Of a stretch of DNA of 64,000 bases, positions 38,205-47,745 are shown in pieces. The first letter of the stretch is position 1, and every line of letters starts with the position of its first letter. Location: contig OZ271854.1 in the NCBI GenBank assembly GCA_965601925.1, positions 1,472,001-1,536,000 of the forward strand, written 5' to 3'. The position numbers and the translations under genes are program-made. This DNA is from Alkalispirochaeta sp. Lineage in GTDB: Bacteria; Spirochaetota; Spirochaetia; DSM-27196; Alkalispirochaetaceae. Below the pieces are notes generated by a model. The model did no database searches. It was given only the letters and a program-made list of their open reading frames with translations, and had not been told where the DNA came from.

Positions 38205-39090
38205 AGCTTACCCACTTCGATTGACGGATGTATTGAACCACGGTGATCGCAAGGACGAAGAGCAACAGAATCGTCGCCTGGGCGGAGGCGTATCCCATAC
38301 GAAAATGGGTAAAGGCGTTCTGGTAGATGCGAAGGACCAGCACGGATGTCGATCCTTGCGGGCCGCCGCCGAACTGTCCCCCGGTGAGAATGAAGACTTG
38401 ATCGAAGACCTGAAAGCCTCTGATGACGGCTATCACGGTCGCAAAAAAGGTCGTCGGCGAGAGCATGGGCAAGGTGATGCTCCACAACTTCTGTCTATAC
38501 TTGGCGCCGTCCAGATCGGCATTCTCATAGAGGCTCGGGTTGATCGTCTGGAGCCCCGCGAGAAAGACGACCATGAAGTAACCGAACTGCTGCCACACCG
38601 TCACGAAAATGATCGTTCCCAGCGCCGTATCGGGGCTCGTCAGAAACGGAAAAGCCTCGAGCCCGAGCGTCCCGAGGAACTGGTTGATCGGTCCCCGCCT
38701 CACGTCGAAGATAAGTCCGAATCCCATAGAAACCGCGATATTGGAGAGCACCACGGGGATGAAGAAGAGTCCGCGGAAGAAGTTCTTACCCCGCCGGTCG
38801 GCGTTCAGCATCAGCGCAAAGGTGATGGCGAACAGCAGCTGCAGAGTGACCGATATCACGACGAACCGAACGGTCACCCAGAGACTCCGCAGGAAATCGG
38901 GCGTCTGAAAGGCGCGTACGTAGTTCTCGAATGCTACGAACGAGATGTCGCGCCCGCCGCGAAAGTCGGTAAACGAGAGCCCTACGGTAGCGACCATAGG
39001 AATGAAGATAAACGTGACAAATCCGACGAGGCTCGGGAGAAGGAAGGTGAGAATCACCAGTCGGTCGGTGAGGGTACTCTTGCGCGCCAT
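38191..39090 (-). CDS. Carbohydrate ABC transporter permease
   Basis: AGLQTINPSLYENADLDGA, FQVFDQV, GGP, MGYASA. Confidence 0.93.
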   Translation of the reverse strand: MARKSTLTDRLVILTFLLPSLVGFVTFIFIPMVATVGLSFTDFRGGRDISFVAFENYVRAFQTPDFLRSLWVTVRFVVISVTLQLLFAITFALMLNADRRGKNFFRGLFFIPVVLSNIAVSMGFGLIFDVRRGPINQFLGTLGLEAFPFLTSPDTALGTIIFVTVWQQFGYFMVVFLAGLQTINPSLYENADLDGAKYRQKLWSITLPMLSPTTFFATVIAVIRGFQVFDQVFILTGGQFGGGPQGSTSVLVLRIYQNAFTHFRMGYASAQATILLLFVLAITVVQYIRQSKWVSYDIA

Positions 39091-39150
39091 GGAACTCCCG
39101 CGGGCGCCGCACGACGCCCCGCGTCGGGGGCGCCGAGACGCGGCGTCTTC

Positions 39151-40449
39151 TTAGTTGGTGGTCTCGATGATCTCCTGAAGGCGGTCGCTTACGAGGGTAA
39201 TAAACGCTCGATCGCTGTAATCCTCCAGAAGGTACTCCTGCATGAGTTCGGCGAGGAGAATATCGATCCTGCTGCCGTACTTAGTGTAGAACGGCGGCTG
39301 AACCGGAGGGCTCTCGACGAAGTATTCGAACGAGGTATCGTCCGGGATTGCGGTACGTAGTTGTTCGCGCACCCCGTCGGTGATGACCGGCGGGAGAAAA
39401 CCGTACTGCGCGACGACCTCCGCCCCTTCGGCGCTGCCCATCCAAGAGATGAAGGTAAACGTCGCCTCTTTCTTGTCCGAACCGGAGTGCACGTGGTTGA
39501 AGGTCGGGGCACCCATGGAGCGGTACGCCTCCGGCGGTGCGTCGCTCGGCAGCCGCGTAATACCCCACTCTTCCCAGTCGAAGGTGAGCCTATCGTCCCT
39601 CCGAGCGTCGAGCATCATGCCGGGAAACCACTCGCCGATGAGCATCATGGCCGCCTGACCGTCGAAAAAGATCGTCGAGTAGTGCGTACGTGTCGCCAAC
39701 AGATCGACCAACGGAGAAATGGCCCCGGCCTCTTCGAGCTCCTTGCGCATACCGAAGCTTTGGAGGAGCGTCGCCTCATCGATATCGATCGCTCCGTCCT
39801 GGGAGATGAAATCGGTGCCCCCTTGGATGGCCGGTATCGCCTGCAAGAGTCCCCAGACGTGAAGATGCGCGCCGAAATGGTCGTCCCCGGTCATCTGCTG
39901 CGCCACCCGAACGAAGGTGTCCCACGTCCACTCGCCGCGTTCGACGAACTCGGTGGGATAGGGTACGCCGGCCTCGTCGAAAAGCGCCTTGTTGAAGTAC
40001 GTGTAGTACGTCGCACCTCGAAAGGGGATTGCGACCGTCTCGCCGTCGATCGTGATGGCGTCCGCATAGGCGCTCACCGCGTCGAGGTCGTAGTCGTACT
40101 CCCGTATGAGTTCGTCCAACGGTTCGATGTGTCCCGCGGCGTGGTGTCCGAACATGTCGACCTGCCGCTTCTGCATAAAGGCGTCCATCTGTGCTCCGCC
40201 CGCGAGGAGCGTGGTGAGCCGCGTTTCGTAGTCCGCCGACGGAATGATCTGGGCGTCGACGAAGACTTCGTCCTGGCTCTCGTTGAAAGCGTTTACGATA
40301 TCGACGTATGTGGGATCCTCCCACATATAGAAGACGATCCTGACCGGTCCGTCTTCCTCGACACCTTCGGTTTGTCCACCGGCAAAGAGTGAGGCGGCGA
40401 CGCAAAGACTCGCCGCAGCGATAAACAGACGTGTATTCGACATTCCCAT
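39151..40449 (-). CDS. Sugar ABC transporter solute-binding protein
   Basis: GGAGG RBS, LFAGGQ signal, YFNKALFDEAGV, WTWD. Confidence 0.92.
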   Translation of the reverse strand: MGMSNTRLFIAAASLCVAASLFAGGQTEGVEEDGPVRIVFYMWEDPTYVDIVNAFNESQDEVFVDAQIIPSADYETRLTTLLAGGAQMDAFMQKRQVDMFGHHAAGHIEPLDELIREYDYDLDAVSAYADAITIDGETVAIPFRGATYYTYFNKALFDEAGVPYPTEFVERGEWTWDTFVRVAQQMTGDDHFGAHLHVWGLLQAIPAIQGGTDFISQDGAIDIDEATLLQSFGMRKELEEAGAISPLVDLLATRTHYSTIFFDGQAAMMLIGEWFPGMMLDARRDDRLTFDWEEWGITRLPSDAPPEAYRSMGAPTFNHVHSGSDKKEATFTFISWMGSAEGAEVVAQYGFLPPVITDGVREQLRTAIPDDTSFEYFVESPPVQPPFYTKYGSRIDILLAELMQEYLLEDYSDRAFITLVSDRLQEIIETTN

Positions 40450-40558
40450 ACCTCCTTCGTAGAAGAACGTTACCGCCATTCTGACTACGGAAATCGCTTC
40501 GGCGATACTAAGAACTGCTGCGCATGATCAGGATTCCAGGGAAAACCACTTCCGAATA

Positions 40559-42847
40559 TCAGGATATACTCAGGTTTTCGGCACCGCGGTGAGTCCGGCG
40601 ATATTCAATCGGAGTCATGCCGGTATGCTTCTTAAAGGTCTCGAAAAAGTAATTGTAGCTCGCGAATCCGACTCGCCTACATAACTCTTTGACGGGGACA
40701 TCATGCACGAGGATACTTCGCTTGCACTCTTCCATGCGTACTCTGGTGATGTAATCCGATAGGGAAACGCCCATCTCCGCCTTGAACACCCGACGTACGT
40801 AGTTCGTGGACAGGCTTACTCGTGCGGCGATGCTCTTGGGACTGAGATTGCAATCGGTGAACTCCCGGTCGACGGTCTCGAGCACCCGCTCCACGACGTG
40901 CGACCGTTTGGACGGTCGCGCCGCCCGGCGCTCCTCGACGTAGCGGCGAAAGATAGCGGCGAGACATGAGCGGAGGGCATGAAGATCGACGAGCCAATGG
41001 GTCGAGGAGCGCAACTCGGTGATCTCCACCGGTATCCCGCTCTCCGGCCCTCCGCAGCAGGAGAGATGGCGCTGCGACTCGTAGAGGAGATACTGGGCAA
41101 GGAAGGTGAAATCGTCGTATCGGTGGTGCCGCACCTCATCGAGGAGCGTCTCGAGAATTTGCAAGGCTCGATCGGGGGCTCCCCCTTTCACCTCCCGCAG
41201 CAGGCGCTCGATCTCGCCTTCCGGCAGGCGGTACGGTTCGGTCTCGTCGTGCGCCTCTTTGTAGAAAAAGAGTCGCGTGCCGTCTCCTCTGAAGCGCTCG
41301 TTGGTCGCACTCAAAGCCTCTTGGTACAACAGGGCGATGGAACGATCCCGGTCGGTAGACGAGGAGATGCCCACGACCGCGTCGGGAGGAACTGCAACAC
41401 CCTCCTCTCGAAGGGCGGCGCGTATTCCATCGGCGACCTCTCTCCTTCCGAGGGCGCCGGGAGAAAACGCCGCGCGCGACACGATGATGGCGCCGCGATC
41501 ACCGGCGGTGTGCACCGGCTCGGACGAGACGGCGAAAGCGACGCGGCAGCGTCGCAGGAGGGCGTCGAGTTCATCTTCGCCGTACGGCGCGACGCGAACC
41601 ACGACGACCAACCGCTCCCGATCCGGAGCGATCGGTCGAAGGTCCTCCTCCTCCCAGTTGACGGTCGTCTCCTCGACCTCACCGGCGAGAAGGGCGTGAA
41701 GGAGTTCCCGGCGATGAACCTCCCGATGCAGGTGATAATACTTGCTCAAGGTGTTCATCCTGGTATCGACGCGTTCCAGCGTTCTATCGATGGACTCGAG
41801 ACCGACCTCGCCGTCTCCGTCGATGCCGTCGATCAGGTATTGATCGTGCAGCCCACGGACGCGATCCGACAACTTCTGGACCGGCTTCGCCAACCTCCTC
41901 GAGGCGAGAAGCGTCGCACCGAGGGCGACTACGAACACGCCGCCCAGAATCAACAGGGTTGCGTTACGGGCGCGATGAAGCTCCGAAAAGACGCGCTCGG
42001 TCGGAATCGTCTGAAGGAAGTGCCACCCCATGGCAGGATGGGTGGTATACGTGACGACCGACGATTCGCCGTCGATCTCGGTTACGAAGACACCCTGCGG
42101 CTCATCCGCACCCAACACGCGTTCGATATGCGGCGTCGTACGTACGTCGAGGCCGAACTCCTCGACACGGGGGTGAGAGAGCACCGTACCGTTCCGGTCG
42201 ACGATAACCGTCTCGCCCAACTCCTCGGAGAGTCCGCCCTCGAACAGGCCGCGCAGTAATCGCTCATCGATGTTCGCAACCACCGCCCCGCGCATGATCC
42301 GTCCGTCGGTAGGAAGATTACCGACGATGAGCGTAAAGACGTTCTTCCCCCCTACGCGCCGCGGTATGTAACGGTACGCGCCGTAGTGTGAAATATCGTG
42401 GAGCATATCCACGAGCGCGGCGTCCTCGTAACGCGATACCGACACGGGCCCTCCCTGCGACGGATAGATCATATCGGCCCGATAGTTGTACACCGCAATC
42501 GAATCGATAATCGGATTCGAAAGGCGTGCGTGGCGCAACAGCTCAATCCGGTCCAAAAGCGGACGCCCCTCGTTTCTCATCCCGTACATGAGGCGCTGTA
42601 TCTCTTTCTGTTCGAACAGCTGAACGGTGGCCGGAATCGTGGAGAAGTGAAGGGTCGTCATCGCGGAGCTCGCCTGTTCCAATCGCTCCAATGACGTCGC
42701 GTAGAGTTGACGGATCAGCACCGTCTCGACGGTTCGATAGGTCAGAAGAATTGAAGGCAGGGCGACGAGAACACTTACCGCAAAGATAAAGACGAAGTAG
42801 CGGACCGTTACGTTTCGGTTCCGTCGCCGAACATACTCGCTGTGCAC
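40559..42847 (-). CDS. Membrane-anchored AraC family regulator with Cache sensor domain
   Basis: AAGGAG-7 nt-GTG at 42847, two TM helices flanking a Cache domain (IVDRNGTVLSHP), C-terminal AraC HTH (VGFASYNYFFETFKKHTGMTPIEYR). Confidence 0.87.
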   Translation of the reverse strand: MHSEYVRRRNRNVTVRYFVFIFAVSVLVALPSILLTYRTVETVLIRQLYATSLERLEQASSAMTTLHFSTIPATVQLFEQKEIQRLMYGMRNEGRPLLDRIELLRHARLSNPIIDSIAVYNYRADMIYPSQGGPVSVSRYEDAALVDMLHDISHYGAYRYIPRRVGGKNVFTLIVGNLPTDGRIMRGAVVANIDERLLRGLFEGGLSEELGETVIVDRNGTVLSHPRVEEFGLDVRTTPHIERVLGADEPQGVFVTEIDGESSVVTYTTHPAMGWHFLQTIPTERVFSELHRARNATLLILGGVFVVALGATLLASRRLAKPVQKLSDRVRGLHDQYLIDGIDGDGEVGLESIDRTLERVDTRMNTLSKYYHLHREVHRRELLHALLAGEVEETTVNWEEEDLRPIAPDRERLVVVVRVAPYGEDELDALLRRCRVAFAVSSEPVHTAGDRGAIIVSRAAFSPGALGRREVADGIRAALREEGVAVPPDAVVGISSSTDRDRSIALLYQEALSATNERFRGDGTRLFFYKEAHDETEPYRLPEGEIERLLREVKGGAPDRALQILETLLDEVRHHRYDDFTFLAQYLLYESQRHLSCCGGPESGIPVEITELRSSTHWLVDLHALRSCLAAIFRRYVEERRAARPSKRSHVVERVLETVDREFTDCNLSPKSIAARVSLSTNYVRRVFKAEMGVSLSDYITRVRMEECKRSILVHDVPVKELCRRVGFASYNYFFETFKKHTGMTPIEYRRTHRGAENLSIS

Positions 42848-42956
42848 CGCAGGGCTCCTTGCACGCACCGTTTGTGCAAGTATACCAGCGCTCCGCTCAT
42901 CCCGGGACTGCGAGTTGCCGGGCGTCCGGGCCCGGTGATGGACCCCTATTGACTCC

Positions 42957-43352
42957 TTACGCCTCGATATCGGGCCAGTGGGCCGTGGCCTGTGCGGCGA
43001 AGTGTCTGAAGTCGTCGAGTCGCGACAGGAGCGGCGTAAGCCTCCGTAGGTCGATCTCGTCATACTCGTGGACGAGAAGATTGCGTAACCCGACCATCGA
43101 TGCAGTATTCGCGGCGACGTCGGGACGCAAAATACCGTGCCGCTCCAAGAGAACGATACACTCGCGATACGACTTCGGGGTGCCCAAGTTTCGAAGCGCC
43201 ACAAGCTCGCAGGCGACGTCGATAACGATCTGAATGGACTCGAGCAGGCCGTATCTAAGCGCCCATTCGTCCCGGCGATCGCGGGGCGGCGCCGAACGGA
43301 ACTCTTCGAGTATTCGTAGATTCTCGTCCAGTGTGCTCAAACGATCAGACAT
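42957..43352 (-). CDS. hepT: HEPN/DUF86 RNase toxin (HepT-like)
   Basis: RX4HXY motif GLRNLLVHEY; overlaps the upstream MNT gene. Confidence 0.9.
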   Translation of the reverse strand: MSDRLSTLDENLRILEEFRSAPPRDRRDEWALRYGLLESIQIVIDVACELVALRNLGTPKSYRECIVLLERHGILRPDVAANTASMVGLRNLLVHEYDEIDLRRLTPLLSRLDDFRHFAAQATAHWPDIEA

Positions 43353-43788
43353 AATTCCGATATCCGAGTTTGCCTGCGCGAATGCGCCGTTCGAGCGCCC
43401 GGTGCGACAAAGAGCGAAGATAGGCGGTGTCTAAATAGGTGAGGATCGTACGTTTACGATACGTCGCAAGGGCGGTCGGTGATGTACACGTGATAATCTG
43501 CATTTCCGAAGCGATTCGGTGCGCAAAGGCCGGGTCGCGGTTCCACAAGCCGCACAACTCAACGACGTCCACGCGCGAGCCGCCCTCGTCCTCCAGGCGT
43601 CCAACAAGCGTTCCCAACTCGAAAAGATCCAAGGGTGTATCGCAGTAGAGCCCTACATCGAGGTCGCTGAGCGGACCGGCGACGCGCCTCGCGTGAGATC
43701 CGAAGAGAACGGAGAAGGAGATATCTACGGAGAGAGGCGCCGTTGCGAGAACTTCCCGTATCCGGTCCATCAACTCATCGCGTTCCAT
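43345..43788 (-). CDS. mntA: Minimal nucleotidyltransferase antitoxin (MntA-like)
   Basis: FGS-x10-DLD motif (FGSHARRVAGPLSDLDVG) and VDVV. Confidence 0.88.
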   Translation of the reverse strand: MERDELMDRIREVLATAPLSVDISFSVLFGSHARRVAGPLSDLDVGLYCDTPLDLFELGTLVGRLEDEGGSRVDVVELCGLWNRDPAFAHRIASEMQIITCTSPTALATYRKRTILTYLDTAYLRSLSHRALERRIRAGKLGYRNYV

Positions 43789-43799
43789 AACGTGCAGTC

Positions 43800-43831
43800 A
43801 GTGTAGCGGAGTGCATATGCATTGACAATGC
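43800..43831 (-). promoter_or_regulatory. Promoter of the MNT-HEPN operon with overlapping palindromes
   Basis: Minus strand TTGTCA-17-TACACT; TGCATATGCA (43812-43821) and GCATTG-A-CAATGC (43819-43831). Confidence 0.65.
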
Positions 43832-43879
43832 AGCGCAATCCGGCACGGCGTCCACTCTCCGAGAGGCGCGACCGGCGCC

Positions 43880-44938
43880 TTACAGCGAGGCGAAGTATCG
43901 GTCGAAGGGCAGACTCACCACGCGGTTTTCCACCACCGCTTCTATTAGCGTCTCCAACAGCGGAAGCTCCTCGTCACGAAGAGCGCGATTCGCCTTGAGG
44001 GCCGGATAGGCGCGGCTCATCGCCCGGACGACGGCGACGCTCTCCAACGTTTCGCCGGCCATGACCTCCCGCACTTCGCCGTAGGTGTGGCCCTTTCCGA
44101 GCAGCGTTCCGACGCGTAGCGACCGTCCACCCATGGCGGTCACGTACTGGTCGCCGGCGCCGGGGAGGCTGTGGGCGTATCGAGCGCTTCCCCGGAGCGC
44201 CGTAAGAAGCTGCTCCATCTCGTACAAACCCTGAGAAAAGGTTGCCGCGGCGGGATTATGCATCGCCGCACCGGCGACATCCACACCTCCGGCCGTCTCC
44301 AGCATACCGTGGGCCATGCCGACACCGATGACATAAGCATTTTTGAGGGCCACGGCGAGCTCCAGGCCCCACAAATCGTCGGAGGGCCAAATGTGGTAGT
44401 AGTCGGTACGAAAGAGCTGCGCCGCCCGCTCCGCCCGCTCCTTCTCCTCGGCGGCGAACACGACGCAGCTCTGACGCCGCGCTGCGAGCTCACCGGCGAT
44501 GCACGGGCCGCCGATCGCCATGAAGGAGCTGTGACGCCGAAGCTCCTCCGGGAAATGGTCGGCGATGACGGTGGGAAAAATTTCTACGGTACCGTCCCTA
44601 TCGGTACGAAATCCCTTGGTAACGGCAACGATGTCCCGTCCCCGACGCAATGCGGAGGCGAGGGTCTCGCCGATCCAGTCGACGCCCCACGAGCTGACCC
44701 CGGAGACGATGAGGTCGGCGTTATCAACCGCCATGGCAATATCTTCGATATGGAACGCCTCGACCGCCGCCGGAAGTTCGCGATTGAGCCTCGGGTGTCT
44801 ATTGTTGACCTGAGCCTCATCTATGATCTCGCGGTCCAAATGGGTGCCGACCAAGGCCACAGAGTGACCATTGTCAGAAAGTGGCCATGCGAGCGCGCTC
44901 CCCATGACTCCGGCGCCGACGACTGCAATGTGTGCCAT
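43880..44938 (-). CDS. NAD(P)H-dependent glycerol-3-phosphate dehydrogenase family protein (GpsA-like)
   Basis: GAGVMGSALA, VTKG, GGPCIAGE, ALKNAY, GAGDQYVT, GGRS. Confidence 0.82.
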   Translation of the reverse strand: MAHIAVVGAGVMGSALAWPLSDNGHSVALVGTHLDREIIDEAQVNNRHPRLNRELPAAVEAFHIEDIAMAVDNADLIVSGVSSWGVDWIGETLASALRRGRDIVAVTKGFRTDRDGTVEIFPTVIADHFPEELRRHSSFMAIGGPCIAGELAARRQSCVVFAAEEKERAERAAQLFRTDYYHIWPSDDLWGLELAVALKNAYVIGVGMAHGMLETAGGVDVAGAAMHNPAAATFSQGLYEMEQLLTALRGSARYAHSLPGAGDQYVTAMGGRSLRVGTLLGKGHTYGEVREVMAGETLESVAVVRAMSRAYPALKANRALRDEELPLLETLIEAVVENRVVSLPFDRYFASL

Positions 44939-45111
44939 ACGTTCTCCTGTTGATATCGAAATTACGGCGCTATTCTATCGTATCTGAGCCATTTGTTTCG
45001 GACACGAAAAAGACGATATGGCCTCGTCGTTCGTCGTCGCCCGCTCCGTCTCCGAAGGACCTGCGGAGCCGTTGGATCGGTAACGACAACTCTCGTCCCT
45101 TTTGCGAGCTT

Positions 45112-46593
45112 CTACTCCGCAAAGGTAGACGAACGGCAGGCCGCGGTGCCGTAGCCCGTACGCCGCCGAGCGTCCGCAGGGGTGATACGGGCGCGCACCG
45201 TGCCGCCGTCGTTGTATAGGCCGATCGTCCAGCCGTGTTTTTCCACAACTGCCTTGGCGATTGAGAGGCCCAAACCGTGACCTTCGCTGGAGCGATCCCG
45301 GGCGATACGATAGAGACGATCGAACAGGTAGGGCAGCTCTTCTTCCGGAATGGCGCCGTCGTTGGAGATCTCGATTGAACGATCGGAGAGTCGGCACTCG
45401 ACGGGGCCGGTGCCGTGACGCAAAGCGTTTTCCACGAGGTTGAACAGGGCTCTCAGAAGATACTCGGCGTCGCAGCACACCGTCTTGTCGCTCGCCGTCA
45501 CGTGGAAGGCACGCCCCAGAGCCGCCGCGCGCTCGGCAAAGCGCTCCCGGATTGCCGTTGCGAGCTCTCCCACGGGTATCTCCTCCATGCGAAGCGTGAG
45601 TTCCGGAGACTCGACGCGGCTCAGGAGCAGCAGGTCTCCGCTCAGCGTCTCCATATGTGCCAAACCGGAAAGAAGTAGTTGAACGCGCCGTTTGTCCGGT
45701 TGCAATACGCCGTCGGCGATGCCTTCGAGTTGGGCGCGTAGGTCGGCGATCGGCGTCCTAAGGTCGTGTGCGATATCCATAGTCCATTGACGCCTGAGGC
45801 GCTCTTCGGCGGTGAGTTGCGCCTGCAGACGCGCGCCGCTCTCGCAGATGCTTTTGAGCTCCTTGATGCGCGTCATCGGGAACGCCTCTCCCCGACCGCC
45901 GGTCGCTACACGTCCGATGGCCGCGGTAATGGTGCGAATGTCCTCGTCCACGGAGCGACTCCACCACAGCGTCACGAGCACGCCGACGACGAGCGCAGCG
46001 ATCACACCCACGGCGACGGCGACCAACAACGAGTCGATGAGGCGTTTATTGGTACGATTGACGGTGAATCCGGTGCTTCCGGCGGCAAAGTATCCCACCT
46101 GCCTATCGTCGACCTCGATCGGTATCAGCCTCTCGTCGGCGTCGAGACCGGCGAAGAGTTGCGGGTCGCGATGCGGCGCGGTGGGGGCGAGACGGGGAAA
46201 GAGGCGGGAGTCGCCGATGCGCGTAATGAGATCCGCTTCGGCACGGGCGTTACGCAGGCGGTCGGTGATCTCGCCCTCGCGGTACCACGAGTCGCCGTGC
46301 CAGTACCAGAATAACAACTCGCGCCGGATGTCGAAGACAAAAAGGTAGAGCGTCGGATCGAGATAGGGGCGCAGATACTCGTCGATCGTTTCACCCTCGC
46401 GATGGCCCTCCCGGCGATAGGCCGCCCCCAGCTCGGCGTGCACAAAATCGTGAAAGGAGATGCCTTGCTCCTCCTGCCACGACTCGAGGCTTCTACTCAA
46501 CCCGATACCGACGGCCAAGACCATCACGACGATGAACGTTACGGTAAGCAGTACGACGAGGCTGATCTGTCTCGACAGAAACGATGTAACCAT
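45112..46593 (-). CDS. Sensor histidine kinase (HAMP, HisKA, HATPase; BaeS-like)
   Basis: Two TM helices, DIAHDLRTP, NLVENALRHG, LFDRLYR, GHGLGLSIAK. Confidence 0.92.
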   Translation of the reverse strand: MVTSFLSRQISLVVLLTVTFIVVMVLAVGIGLSRSLESWQEEQGISFHDFVHAELGAAYRREGHREGETIDEYLRPYLDPTLYLFVFDIRRELLFWYWHGDSWYREGEITDRLRNARAEADLITRIGDSRLFPRLAPTAPHRDPQLFAGLDADERLIPIEVDDRQVGYFAAGSTGFTVNRTNKRLIDSLLVAVAVGVIAALVVGVLVTLWWSRSVDEDIRTITAAIGRVATGGRGEAFPMTRIKELKSICESGARLQAQLTAEERLRRQWTMDIAHDLRTPIADLRAQLEGIADGVLQPDKRRVQLLLSGLAHMETLSGDLLLLSRVESPELTLRMEEIPVGELATAIRERFAERAAALGRAFHVTASDKTVCCDAEYLLRALFNLVENALRHGTGPVECRLSDRSIEISNDGAIPEEELPYLFDRLYRIARDRSSEGHGLGLSIAKAVVEKHGWTIGLYNDGGTVRARITPADARRRTGYGTAACRSSTFAE

Positions 46594-46596
46594 CTC

Positions 46597-47295
46597 CTAC
46601 CCCACCACCTCACCCATGAAACGGTAACCGACGCCGCGCACCGTCCGAATCCACTCTCCCGTCCCGAGTTTCCCACGAAGATTCTTCAGATGCGTATCCA
46701 ACGTCCTGCTCTCCGTTCCGGCGCCGTAGGCGAAGACGGTGTCTAAAAGCGTCTGTCGCTCCACGACCGTGCCGGGTTCCTGGGTAAGCATCGTCAGGAT
46801 GTCCCACTCCGTCTTGGTGAAGGAGATCGCCGCGCCGTTTACCGTCGACATCCGTGCATCAACATCGATCACCAACTGGTCCGAGTCGACACGATAGGTG
46901 ACGACCTTCAGAGACTCCTCAACGTGCGGCTCCGAGGAGGCGCGGCGGAGAATCGCTCGAACACGCATCACGAGCTCACGGGGAGAGAAGGGCTTGACCA
47001 CATAGTCGTCGCCGCCCGCCTCGAATCCCGCGATGCGGGAGCGCTCGTCGTCTCGGGCCGTTATGAAGATAAAGGGAATGTCGGAAAACTGACGAATCTC
47101 CCGTCCGATGAAAAGCCCCGAGCGGCCGGGAAGCATAATGTCGAGAATGCACAGGTCGGGATGCTCGACGCGCACCGCCGCAACGACGTCGTGCCCCGTT
47201 TCGAAGACACGTACCTCATTGCCGTCCCGTCTGAGATACTCGGCGGTCGCCTCTCGCAACCCTTCGCTGTCTTCTACCAGAAAAATCCGTGCCAT
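46597..47295 (-). CDS. OmpR/PhoB family response regulator
   Basis: LVED, LDIMLPG, DDYVVKPFSPREL, RTLDTHLKNLRGK, IRTVRGVGY. Confidence 0.95.
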   Translation of the reverse strand: MARIFLVEDSEGLREATAEYLRRDGNEVRVFETGHDVVAAVRVEHPDLCILDIMLPGRSGLFIGREIRQFSDIPFIFITARDDERSRIAGFEAGGDDYVVKPFSPRELVMRVRAILRRASSEPHVEESLKVVTYRVDSDQLVIDVDARMSTVNGAAISFTKTEWDILTMLTQEPGTVVERQTLLDTVFAYGAGTESRTLDTHLKNLRGKLGTGEWIRTVRGVGYRFMGEVVG

Positions 47296-47745
47296 GCGGT
47301 TTACCGTATCACAGCCTCGGTCGTTCGACCGAATAGAATGTACTAAAAAGCCCGCGGGGTGGCCGTCTCGCCGGCAGCCGAATATCGAGTCCACGGGTGA
47401 AGCGCGCGCCCACGCCTCATACGACGCACGATGTTTTCATTCGATGTCCGGATGCGTCGCATAGAACTCACGGGAATGTGGAGGGCAAGTGCGGAAAAGA
47501 ACCGTGAATCGTGTGGAGTTATCTGTACTCTCTGCGCGCTCTGTGAGGAATTGTCCGTGGCAACTGCGAGACGGACGCTATCGATATCCGGTATGTCTTG
47601 CTAAAAGCAAGCGCCCCCGATCCCTCGAGGGCATCGGAGGCGATCCATACCGCTACCGAAGCGCGGCCGGTCGCAAACCATCGGACTGCCGCGCCCCGGC
47701 CGCATCGGACGCCCGGCGAACGGGCGCCGATAGGAACTCATCGGC

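Noticed and set aside
42848..43204. N-terminal extension of the 881-aa AraC ORF
   Set aside because: It overlaps the HEPN gene in another frame, and an SD-supported GTG at 42847 gives a normal protein.
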